A stretch of DNA of 64,000 nt from the IMG/VR virus record IMGVR_UViG_3300011744_000001, positions 2,218-66,217 of that record; one strand, given 5' to 3'. The notes under the pieces were generated by a model. That model saw only the letters and a program-made list of their open reading frames with translations. It searched no databases and was not told where the DNA came from. The position numbers and the translations under genes are program-made. Positions 1 through 8,230 of the stretch are shown here, in pieces (position 1 is the first letter of the stretch; every line of letters starts with the position of its first letter). This DNA is from a virus (lineage: Duplodnaviria > Caudoviricetes).

Positions 1-689
1 TTTCTCAGACGTTGTGCAGCTTTAAATGCTAATTCTGCGGTTGCAGCTGGTAACAGTGATACTTCATCTTCATGACTATCTGAGATAGCTACACAAAATA
101 GTTCTGAATCTGGATTGTTACTTCTAGGCATCAAAATAGCATTTACATTTTCAAAATCACTAAACAGGAAATTAATATTTGCTGCTTTGGCTAATCCTGT
201 TGGTTTCAAATTATGGCGACAAATACTGCCTAGTAAGCCTGAAATTTCCTCAATTTTTTTAATGTAATCCCCACCAAATCGAACAAAGCCTTTGTATTCG
301 ACATCGTTTGTAGGTAAAACTTTCTGCCAATCAATGTATGATTCACTTAAAAATATTTTGAAACCTTCATAAGCATTATGATGATTTGGGATTTCAATTA
401 AACCTGTTTTGGTTTCGGCATCATATGAAATCTGGCAATTAGTCAAACCAGAATAACATTCAGTTTTATTTACAAAGCTTTGGGCATAAGCTTTAGGAAT
501 AATAAAAGAAATATCATTTTCAACATTATCCAATTTTGCATAAAAAAGGATGCACCCATCGGTTGCAACAATATGTCCTTTGTTGATTGCGATTGCATCT
601 AAATTTCTGAAATCCCATTCATCTTCATCTTTTGATGCAATTAAAGCAGCTCGAAGGAGGGCAAGGGGAACAAGTATTTTATTATCCAT
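1..689 (-). CDS. DNA polymerase III beta-clamp-like phage protein, 3' end outside window
   Basis: Read by hand: ATG at 689 overlaps the upstream TAA (TAATG). MDNKILVPLALLRAALIAS...IAINKGHIVATDGCILF...YIDWQKVLP...NAILMP has clamp-like ATDG, WQKVLP and ILMP motifs. Frame is open to base 1. Confidence 0.6.
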   Translation of the reverse strand, partial: MDNKILVPLALLRAALIASKDEDEWDFRNLDAIAINKGHIVATDGCILFYAKLDNVENDISFIIPKAYAQSFVNKTECYSGLTNCQISYDAETKTGLIEIPNHHNAYEGFKIFLSESYIDWQKVLPTNDVEYKGFVRFGGDYIKKIEEISGLLGSICRHNLKPTGLAKAANINFLFSDFENVNAILMPRSNNPDSELFCVAISDSHEDEVSLLPAATAELAFKAAQRLR

Positions 690-940
690 TAGAAATTTCC
701 CTCATTCAAAATACCATGTGTGTATAACTTTTTGCGAAGAGTACCGCGGTTTAGACCTAATCGAAGTGCTACCCGTGTTTGATTACCCCGTTCTTGAATT
801 AGTAATTCTTCAATAAGTGGCTTTTCGAAAACTTGCACAACTTCGTTATAGATATTGCTATCTTTAGACTCGATAATTGAGCGAACAATCGCTTTGACTT
901 GTTGTTCGGTGTAAATAGGCAAATTAACTTTTGTATTCAT
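689..940 (-). CDS. fis: Fis-family HTH DNA-binding protein
   Basis: [22 protein letters not shown] closely matches the E. coli Fis C-terminus [22 protein letters not shown]. Confidence 0.85.
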   Translation of the reverse strand: [83 protein letters not shown]

Positions 941-986
941 TTACTTTTCCAATATTTGAGACAGATTTAGAGAAGGGCACCAAAAT

Positions 987-1727
987 TTAAGCTTGGCCCC
1001 ATCGCTCATGAGTTTTTTTGTTCTTACATGCTGCAACGATGGCTTTTTCGAAATTCGTGCCTTTAAAACGGTTATATGCAGCATCTAAAACGGAAGTATC
1101 AGTAGCTTTATTAATTGCTGAAATTGCGTCATTAAAAAGCTGGTTTTCAGTGCGCTTAGGCTTGGGTTCACTCAGGTTTTGTTGAACGTCTTTAGTTTCG
1201 TTAACTACTGGGGCCTGTTGCTGTTGAGCTTGCTGATTTGAATTTACAGTCTGAGAATTACTGTAGTAATGGTCATAAGCTCTTTGCTGATAACCTGGTG
1301 CATTCCAGTATCCAGCATGAATATCGCCAGCAAACCCCAGCAGACTTAAAGCTTTAACAGTTGCATTGGTTTTTGACTTCTTAATCGCGTCTTCGTCATA
1401 AACCAGTCCAGTGGTTGCTTTATACAAAGCCTTTGAACCAGCTGTTTGATCAAAACAGCACTTTTGACCATCTTTCATGTACCAGAGCGTGATTACTATC
1501 CAATGGTGTATAGTCACATCATCAATTTTTTGGAATCCATGATCTTTAACATCTACGCCCCAACCGTGACCAATAGGTCCGAAGGTCTCAGTAGCTCTTT
1601 GAATTAACCAATAAGCTTTTGGTGAAGTTCCTTTATATGGTTTACCTACAATATCTTTGGTTTGTGTCGGATCAGTAATACAAACTGAATGCCATAAATT
1701 CATGTTTTGGTTGTTTCCATTTCCCAT
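987..1727 (-). CDS. Single-strand annealing protein, Rad52/Sak-like
   Basis: LWHSV..TDP..TK, RATETFGPIGHGWG and DAIKKS.T.A..KALS.LGF motifs; low-complexity Q/N linker; located in the early left operon. Confidence 0.6.
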   Translation of the reverse strand: MGNGNNQNMNLWHSVCITDPTQTKDIVGKPYKGTSPKAYWLIQRATETFGPIGHGWGVDVKDHGFQKIDDVTIHHWIVITLWYMKDGQKCCFDQTAGSKALYKATTGLVYDEDAIKKSKTNATVKALSLLGFAGDIHAGYWNAPGYQQRAYDHYYSNSQTVNSNQQAQQQQAPVVNETKDVQQNLSEPKPKRTENQLFNDAISAINKATDTSVLDAAYNRFKGTNFEKAIVAACKNKKTHERWGQA

Positions 1728-1739
1728 GATCGCAACCTC

Positions 1740-2321
1740 CTAACCTAAAATCTTTCGTTGTTTAGGATCACTTTTAAAAAAACCTTTTTCATCAAGATAT
1801 TTAGTACGACGTACTAACTCTTTTGCTTGTCTAGCTTTATATAGATGAGGTGTGACTTTTTCGGACGGTGTAATAGCAATTAATTGACCATTTCGTTCAA
1901 TATAAAAATCAAAACCGTTTAACTGTGTTCCCCAAGTTAAGTATTTGCTTAAACCAATAGGCAATTTAGAATCAGGATTGCGCTTAAGTACATAAACAGA
2001 GTAATTCTCGAATCCCACGCGATAACGTTCATTACCATCACCATCGTTATTTAAGTATTCGCAGAAATACTTTGAAGATTTTTCTTTATGCTTTTGAGTC
2101 TCATAAGTTTTCATTGAAAAGCGAAACTTAAGACAACCGCTAAAAATATCTGCAATTGAAATTGGGCAATTCTTTTCTATGAAGGTCCAGTCTTTTGTAT
2201 CAACTTCTGCATATTCAATACCGATGCCTTTGCTTAAAGATTCAAGCATTTGAGCAGGGCTAATTGTTTGATTGAAAGCTTCGAATGGATCTTGATTTAG
2301 GTGTTTGGCTGCTGTAGACAT
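1740..2321 (-). CDS. Hypothetical phage protein
   Basis: 193-aa ORF coupled to neighbours; no recognised motif. Confidence 0.6.
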   Translation of the reverse strand: MSTAAKHLNQDPFEAFNQTISPAQMLESLSKGIGIEYAEVDTKDWTFIEKNCPISIADIFSGCLKFRFSMKTYETQKHKEKSSKYFCEYLNNDGDGNERYRVGFENYSVYVLKRNPDSKLPIGLSKYLTWGTQLNGFDFYIERNGQLIAITPSEKVTPHLYKARQAKELVRRTKYLDEKGFFKSDPKQRKILG

Positions 2322-2782
2322 TAGCGAACCTCCACCAATTTATTAGATTCAATAAAGTTTTTAATTGCTTCGTTGATCTGTTTATGGTCTTGGAAAATTG
2401 TGAAGTCATCCACGTATTCGCCAGTAGCACTATTTTTAATTTTGCCAATGTCCAAACGTGTAATAGTTACATCAGGATATTGGCTTTCAGTTACACCATA
2501 ATCCCTTAATTTTGCTTCAAACTTGAATTCCACAGGAACAAGATAACCATCAAGATTAACTGTTCCGATACCAGTATCTTTTGACGTAATTGAAATATAG
2601 ATTACGCCCAAGCTAGAAGGGCGTGTATCAGGGATAAATGTGGTTTCATCAGCTTTAGAGCTTACAGGTTGAGAAAATGCGATTGTGATTCCAACAATCA
2701 CTATTAACGCGATAACTGCCGAAATAAACATTACATTTGGGAAACTAAATGTAATATTGTTTTGAGATAGCTTTTGTTCCAT
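2321..2782 (-). CDS. Hypothetical protein with N-terminal hydrophobic segment
   Basis: 153 aa; VMFISAVIALIVIVGITIAF membrane anchor; TAATG coupling to the next gene. Confidence 0.6.
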   Translation of the reverse strand: MEQKLSQNNITFSFPNVMFISAVIALIVIVGITIAFSQPVSSKADETTFIPDTRPSSLGVIYISITSKDTGIGTVNLDGYLVPVEFKFEAKLRDYGVTESQYPDVTITRLDIGKIKNSATGEYVDDFTIFQDHKQINEAIKNFIESNKLVEVR

Positions 2783-2832
2783 AATGCTGTCGTTCCGTAA
2801 TTTTCTTGCTTAACGCAATGAAGATTGATCTT

Positions 2833-2874
2833 AAGAAAGCCCCGTCCTCGTCGAAAATTTCGGGGCTTTCTTTT
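2833..2874. terminator. Bidirectional intrinsic terminator
   Basis: AAGAAAGCCCCG-n16-CGGGGCTTTCTTTT hairpin. Confidence 0.75.
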
Positions 2875-2890
2875 GTTTAAAATTTAAAGG

Positions 2891-3727
2891 TTATGCTTTA
2901 AATGTTCCGATACGAACTGGGTTGTCAGGTAACAATTCAATTACTTTTTCTTTGAATTCCTGAATGATGTCGTTTTTCAATAATTCTTCACGAACGATTT
3001 GCAGTGCAAATACTGGATCAGAATCACCTGCATTCACAATCAAGCGTAAACGGATTTCTTTTTTATCGAGACCAAGATAAGCAGTGTCTGAAACTTTGAA
3101 GTATGCAGGTAAAGCATTTTCAGAAGCTTTTACAGCTACTTGTTCAAGTTTAGAGCGAGATTCATTAGTGTTATTTACAACTGAATCAGCTTTTACACTT
3201 GTATCAATTGACATGTTGCGAACAGCGCGAATTGCTAAACCACTTGTAATAATTTCATCAGCTTCTGTATAAGCCACAATCACGTCTGCCCAATCTTCAA
3301 GTAGAACGGCAAATGATTTTTGATTTAATTTATTGCCTTTTAACTCGTTAAGCTTTTTCCATAGAACTGTAGGTTCAAGTTCTAAGGTCGCTGTATAGTC
3401 ACAATGACCTTGTGGAAGAAGAGGGGCATCAAAATTTAAAACAGCAATTGCAGTGACATTTTTGTGATCGACAAAAATAGGTGCAGCATATGGAATAATA
3501 ATTTCATCATCATGCTTATGAGGATTGCTATCTAAAACAAAACTTTTAAAATCAACAAATGAAGGGGTTTTAAAAGAACCACGAGCGCGATTACGACCAG
3601 CTTGATATTCTTCAGTATCATGGATATTGAAGTTTTGGTGCAAAGCAATTACCGAACCACGGTCAAATTGTTTGAACGGAGAACATAATTCAACTACAGA
3701 AGCAACTTCGGTTTTTTCTAGTGACAT
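2891..3727 (-). CDS. DUF2303 (YfdQ-like) phage protein
   Basis: DTEEYQAGRNRARGSFKT, PQGHCDYTA and FAVLLEDW motifs; paired with a YfdP-like gene; start moved to ATG 3727. Confidence 0.8.
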   Translation of the reverse strand: MSLEKTEVASVVELCSPFKQFDRGSVIALHQNFNIHDTEEYQAGRNRARGSFKTPSFVDFKSFVLDSNPHKHDDEIIIPYAAPIFVDHKNVTAIAVLNFDAPLLPQGHCDYTATLELEPTVLWKKLNELKGNKLNQKSFAVLLEDWADVIVAYTEADEIITSGLAIRAVRNMSIDTSVKADSVVNNTNESRSKLEQVAVKASENALPAYFKVSDTAYLGLDKKEIRLRLIVNAGDSDPVFALQIVREELLKNDIIQEFKEKVIELLPDNPVRIGTFKA

Positions 3728-3772
3728 GAGATTTAAAATCCTAGTAAGCACAGGGGGAGCTACGGTGAAGTA

Positions 3773-4099
3773 TTAAACTTCGTCTTTAAAAAGGGATTCG
3801 GTGTGCTTGGCGAAAAGGGAAACGTCACCACCTAAATTGACGTGCATAGGTGTTTTTTCGTTGTGTTCTTCAACACGTTTGCCTTTTGCAAGAGGTTCAT
3901 TAAATGAGAGTTTGCTTTCTACTTGGACTTGAGAGTCTGCAAGTTTGCTAACTTTAAGTTTGATATTGATTTCACCGACTTTGCCAGTTGAAACAACGCT
4001 ATTTGCGACTTCTGTAATGGCTACGCCAAATTGTTTTGAAAATACACCAGCGCCAATATCTTCGATAAATTGCTGTGCATCGGTTGGTTTGTTTGACAT
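3773..4099 (-). CDS. YfdP-like phage protein
   Basis: TDAQQFIEDIGAGVF...TPMHVNLGGDVSLF pattern, directly upstream of DUF2303. Confidence 0.65.
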   Translation of the reverse strand: MSNKPTDAQQFIEDIGAGVFSKQFGVAITEVANSVVSTGKVGEINIKLKVSKLADSQVQVESKLSFNEPLAKGKRVEEHNEKTPMHVNLGGDVSLFAKHTESLFKDEV

Positions 4100-4144
4100 T
4101 TTTCACCACCTAAATTTTAGGTTTTTGTTGTTGGTGAATTAAAT

Positions 4145-4205
4145 TTATCAAAAGATAATTTATCAATCAATATCAAATGATAATTAATTTATCAAAAATT
4201 GATAA
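4145..4205. promoter_or_regulatory. Left operator cluster (OL-like)
   Basis: TTATC-AAAA-GATAA (4145-4158), ATATC-AAAT-GATAA (4170-4183) and TTATCAA-AAA-TTGATAA (4189-4205) upstream of the leftward operon. Confidence 0.7.
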
Positions 4206-4285
4206 TTATTTTTTAAGTTACTGATAATTATAGGTATAAAAAAAACCTGAAATTATCAGGCTTAAATGTAAATAAATGTGTTTAA

Positions 4286-5035
4286 TTATAAGTCACCACT
4301 ACGCCATTTGACTCGACCTTTTAATTCAATGGCATTCAAATTCTCTTTAGCAACGATTTCATCTGGGTATGTACTTTTATCTGCATTATCAGATGCTATA
4401 CGCAAGCTACCATCAATATTTTTAAAGAATCTCTTAATTCTCAATTCTTTATTGGCAACAAACACATATATTTTTCCACTTATAACATCATCAAGAGTTT
4501 TAATTCTTAAATCAACCAGGTTCGCATCATTATGGTTAATAGTGGGCATCATGCTTTCACCATCACCAAAAACAATACCTGTGTTTTCAAATTGAAGTGA
4601 CAAGCCTTTTGCTCTTAAGAAGCTTTCTTTGAAAATAATCCCTTCTTTCATGAGCTCATCTTGGTTTGTATAGCCCACACCACAAGCAGCTTTAATGTCG
4701 TAAGCTGGAATGATAACTAGTTCATCATCATCTTTCTCTGGAGCAGGGCGAATTACACCTTTAGAAATTTGACTGTTTGCTAATGGGTGATCTTCATCAG
4801 TGACTCTATCTAAGAATCCTGTATTTAATCCCAACTTTTCTTCAATTTGCCGAGCTTTGGTTTCAGATACATTTCTGGAACCCTTTTGCTCAGGAAGCAT
4901 AAGCATTTGTGATAGGTATGAGGGATCAATTTCTACACCTTCAGCAAATTTTTCTTGCGTCTCAAATTGTTTCTTTTGAATTGTGTCAGAAATCAATAGA
5001 CGTAAGTTCTGCCGTCTAATCGCTTTAATGTCCAC
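4286..5035 (-). CDS. cI: CI-like repressor (HTH plus S24 peptidase)
   Basis: N-terminal HTH; ACG cleavage-site region; GESMMPT Ser and RIKR Lys of the S24 domain; AGGAG RBS; divergent from cro. Confidence 0.92.
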   Translation of the reverse strand: MDIKAIRRQNLRLLISDTIQKKQFETQEKFAEGVEIDPSYLSQMLMLPEQKGSRNVSETKARQIEEKLGLNTGFLDRVTDEDHPLANSQISKGVIRPAPEKDDDELVIIPAYDIKAACGVGYTNQDELMKEGIIFKESFLRAKGLSLQFENTGIVFGDGESMMPTINHNDANLVDLRIKTLDDVISGKIYVFVANKELRIKRFFKNIDGSLRIASDNADKSTYPDEIVAKENLNAIELKGRVKWRSGDL

Positions 5036-5056
5036 AACTGTAGTCTCCTAAATTCA

Positions 5057-5130
5057 TTATCAAATGATAACCAATTTAATGATCTTTTGCTAATTTTCTT
5101 GTTGCACAATTAATTATCTTTTGATAAATT
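5057..5130. promoter_or_regulatory. Right operator/promoter (OR/PR-like)
   Basis: TTATC-AAAT-GATAA (5057-5070) and TTATC-TTTT-GATAA (5114-5127); the latter overlaps TTGCAC-17-TAAATT (5102-5130). Confidence 0.72.
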
Positions 5131-5160
5131 AATTTTGATAAATTTAATGGTATTTGATAA

Positions 5161-5427
5161 ATGGCAAGTGTTAAGCATTGTATGCCCTTAAAAAAATATT
5201 TCAGAACTTTGTCAAAGGCTCAAAAAGAAGAATTTGCTGAACGTTGTGAAACTACTGTTGATTACATGAAGTTAATTATTTTTGGCGTGAGAAGTTGCAC
5301 AGCAAAAATGGCCATTGATATTGATCGTGAATCGAAAGGTGCTGTGAAGTGCGAAGAATTATGTCCTGAAGCGGATTTTAACTATCTTCGTAATTATCAG
5401 CCGACTATTCAAAAAGCTACAAGCTGA
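5161..5427 (+). CDS. cro: Cro/YdaS-like regulator
   Basis: 88 aa, divergent from cI; KEEFAERCETTVDYM and GAVKCEELCPEADF motifs. Confidence 0.8.
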   Translation: MASVKHCMPLKKYFRTLSKAQKEEFAERCETTVDYMKLIIFGVRSCTAKMAIDIDRESKGAVKCEELCPEADFNYLRNYQPTIQKATS

Positions 5428-5443
5428 AATTGTAGAGGTGTTA

Positions 5444-6100
5444 ATGAATAACCCTGTGCTTATACAAAATTCGAGTAATGCAACAAGCAGCCTCGATTTA
5501 TTGAAGATCATTAACCAGGTTCGAAATCAGTTTGGTGAATCGATTATCAGACCTAATGATTTTCATGCTCGTGTTTTTGATGAATTAGAAGGTGAGTACT
5601 ACGAAACCTTCGTTGTGAATAATCCTAATAATACGGTTACAAGTGCAGCATTGCTTAATCATGACCAGTGCATATTAGTTGCAATGCGTGAGTCTAAAGG
5701 CGTTCGAAGAAATGTCTTAGAAATTCTGAAACAGCAACAGGCACAAATTCCTCAAACATACGCTGAGGCTTTGCAATTAGCTGCAAATCAAGCACGTCAG
5801 TTAGAACTAGCAGCGCCAAAAGTTGAGTATTACGACAAGATCGTAGAACGCTCAACACTGCTTAATGCTTCGCAGGTCGCTCAGAAAATAAAAATTTCAG
5901 CAGTAAAACTGAACAAGCTTTTAGACATTTTTGATGTTTATCACAAAGGCGTTAAACGTGCGCGTTTATTTCAGCAGTGGTTTATCGATAAAGGTTTTGG
6001 AGAAGTGAAACAAACTGAGCTCGGCTTTTCACAGCCAATGTTCACAACAAAAGGAGAGGCTTGGGTAATAGAAAAATTAACCAATGAAGGTTTGGTTTAA
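5444..6100 (+). CDS. Phage antirepressor (Rha-like N-terminus plus KilAC/ANT domain)
   Basis: IPQTYAEALQLAA linker, APKVEYYDKIV and FTTKGEAWV of the KilAC domain. Confidence 0.8.
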   Translation: MNNPVLIQNSSNATSSLDLLKIINQVRNQFGESIIRPNDFHARVFDELEGEYYETFVVNNPNNTVTSAALLNHDQCILVAMRESKGVRRNVLEILKQQQAQIPQTYAEALQLAANQARQLELAAPKVEYYDKIVERSTLLNASQVAQKIKISAVKLNKLLDIFDVYHKGVKRARLFQQWFIDKGFGEVKQTELGFSQPMFTTKGEAWVIEKLTNEGLV

Positions 6101-6160
6101 CCGCCTCTTGCGCCAACAAGAGACGGTCAAAAATTTTATTCATTTAATTTCGAGGTAAAA

Positions 6161-6964
6161 ATGAACTCAATTACTTTATCAGAACATCGTTGTGCAAACA
6201 AATGTACTGATTTTAAAGCACAGGGTGAGCAGTGTAATCACTGCATGATTCAGCATATTGAAAAGCAAGAAGCTGCTTTAGGTTTAGCACCAGAGTCTGC
6301 ATACATCCAACCACAACAACACTTACTAAGTGTGGTTGGAGGCATTAACCAGGCACTAAAAATTCTTAATGATAATCCAGATGCATTTGACTGGTATTCA
6401 TTAGAAAAGAATTACTACTACGATTCTGAAGTTAGATCGAATTTAATTTCTCTTGAAAAGCTTCAAAATGCTTGTAATGAATACTTTGTCGCGGTTTTTG
6501 GTGGCATCAAAGCAATTAAATATCTTGTTGAGAATGCACCAACTGGTGCGACTCATTTTGATCGTTATTTCGAGAAAATTGATTTTCTAAAAAAAGAAAT
6601 CTTTATTTGGGTTGAAGGCGATTGGTCTAAACAAGAATTAAGAATCATGGGATTCAGTAAGGCTATTGCAGAGAGTATTGCAATCAATGATCTGAAAAAT
6701 ACTTTAGAGACATATCAACCTAAGGTTATTCCAACTTTTGCAGAAAGTAATTTTACATATGAACAAATTACACAAAGCACAGTTGACCGCATTGAGTTTT
6801 TCAACAATCAAAAATTGATTGCACAACAAGATGGAAATCTTTCAGAAGCTGATTCTTTTGATAATCAAGCTGATGGTGCATACCTATTGTGGTTTCATTT
6901 AACAAAGTCATGTCAAAGCAAATTTGATCTTGATCGCCTACAAAAATTGGTAGGTGCTCGATAA
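6161..6964 (+). CDS. Hypothetical phage protein
   Basis: 267 aa with N-terminal Cys cluster and the APTGATH phage motif. Confidence 0.6.
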   Translation: MNSITLSEHRCANKCTDFKAQGEQCNHCMIQHIEKQEAALGLAPESAYIQPQQHLLSVVGGINQALKILNDNPDAFDWYSLEKNYYYDSEVRSNLISLEKLQNACNEYFVAVFGGIKAIKYLVENAPTGATHFDRYFEKIDFLKKEIFIWVEGDWSKQELRIMGFSKAIAESIAINDLKNTLETYQPKVIPTFAESNFTYEQITQSTVDRIEFFNNQKLIAQQDGNLSEADSFDNQADGAYLLWFHLTKSCQSKFDLDRLQKLVGAR

Positions 6965-7251
6965 TGAAATCAAACAAAAATAATCGTCCACACCTCCAAT
7001 GTGTATTCAATTTCCATAAGTCGGCAATTTCTCTTTTGTTAGAAATGCAGCAAGAAGCAATTCAGGCATCTTCTCCAGACGATCAAGTTTGGCGTGAGGA
7101 CTGGAAAGCACGTTTGGCTTATGAGCATCAATTAAAAGATGACGTTTGTGAGCAAATTGAATCATCGTTATTTGCTTCGAACTTAATCAATTTTAATGGT
7201 GAAAGCGTTTTTGTTGTAGTTGCTGATGAAGCACGGGCAGGTGCTGCATGA
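6964..7251 (+). CDS. Hypothetical phage protein
   Basis: 95 aa, overlapping start and stop with neighbours. Confidence 0.55.
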   Translation: MKSNKNNRPHLQCVFNFHKSAISLLLEMQQEAIQASSPDDQVWREDWKARLAYEHQLKDDVCEQIESSLFASNLINFNGESVFVVVADEARAGAA

Positions 7252-7757
7252 AAACTAAACCAATTGATTTAAATGCTATTGAAGTGATAGCTCTTTTAAG
7301 TAATGGCAATGTTCAAATCAGAAGAAAGGTTAAGCCTAAAAGCGGTGGGGAAATCTTAGGCTGGGGTGGAAGCAATATTGCTATGGAAAAAATTCCATGT
7401 GATGACCCAGATAACAGTCACGTTAGAACAGTGGTCTGCCCATATGGTCAAGTTGGAGACCGTCTTTTTGTCCGTGAAGCATTTGCCAAACAAATTAGAA
7501 ATGTAGGTGGTACGCCTCATGAGCAATTTGTCTATAAGGCATCAAATCCCAATGCAGTTCACTTTGCTGACTGTAATGGAAAATCATATCCAGTTAAGTG
7601 GAAACCAGCACCCAAAATGGCTCGTCATGCATCACGATTAACTCTTGAGATTAAAGAAATATGCGTGGTTCTCAAGGAGACTAAACAAGCTAAGGAAAAC
7701 CCAAATCAATTTATGTGGGTGATCAAATTTGAAGTAATTCAAGGCGGTGCTGTATGA
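7248..7757 (+). CDS. Hypothetical phage protein (ASCH/PUA-like family)
   Basis: CPYGQVGDRLFVRE, WKPAPKMARHASRLTLEI and NQFMWVIKF motifs. Confidence 0.55.
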   Translation: MKTKPIDLNAIEVIALLSNGNVQIRRKVKPKSGGEILGWGGSNIAMEKIPCDDPDNSHVRTVVCPYGQVGDRLFVREAFAKQIRNVGGTPHEQFVYKASNPNAVHFADCNGKSYPVKWKPAPKMARHASRLTLEIKEICVVLKETKQAKENPNQFMWVIKFEVIQGGAV

Positions 7758-8230
7758 CTATGGCTGAAAAAAAGCTATTTGGCATGGCAGATAACAGAAC
7801 TGATCTCTGGGCAACTCCCCAAGAATTCTTCGACAAGCTTAATGCCATTTTTAACTTTAATCTTGATGTTTGCGCGCTTGAAGAAAATGCAAAGTGTGAA
7901 CGATTCTTCACGCCTGAGACAAATGGATTAAATCAAGAGTGGACAGGCACTTGCTGGATGAATCCGCCGTACGGTCGAGAAATTATTGATTGGGTTGCAA
8001 AAGCTGCACACACAGCAAAACAAGGGCATACCGTTGTTGCTCTTGTTCCAGTACGGACAGATGCTCGATGGTTTCAAGATTACTGCTTAGGTCGTGAAAT
8101 CCACTTTATTCGTGGTCGCTTGAAGTTCGGTGGTTGTAAGGACAATGCACCATTTGGATGTTGTGTTGTCGTATTTCGTCCAAGTTTGCGCGATGTCAAT
8201 TGGAATGATTCTAAAGGCGGTGCTGTATGA
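7754..8230 (+). CDS. Phage DNA N6-adenine methyltransferase (phage Dam family)
   Basis: WATPQEFFD, LDVCA and WMNPPYG motifs. Confidence 0.88.
   Translation: MTMAEKKLFGMADNRTDLWATPQEFFDKLNAIFNFNLDVCALEENAKCERFFTPETNGLNQEWTGTCWMNPPYGREIIDWVAKAAHTAKQGHTVVALVPVRTDARWFQDYCLGREIHFIRGRLKFGGCKDNAPFGCCVVVFRPSLRDVNWNDSKGGAV

Noticed and set aside
550-816. 88-aa plus-strand ORF and the many other antisense or nested ORFs in the track (e.g. 4278, 17249, 26313, 38130, 54872)
   Set aside because: They are shadows of well-supported genes on the other strand or frame, with no RBS or motif.
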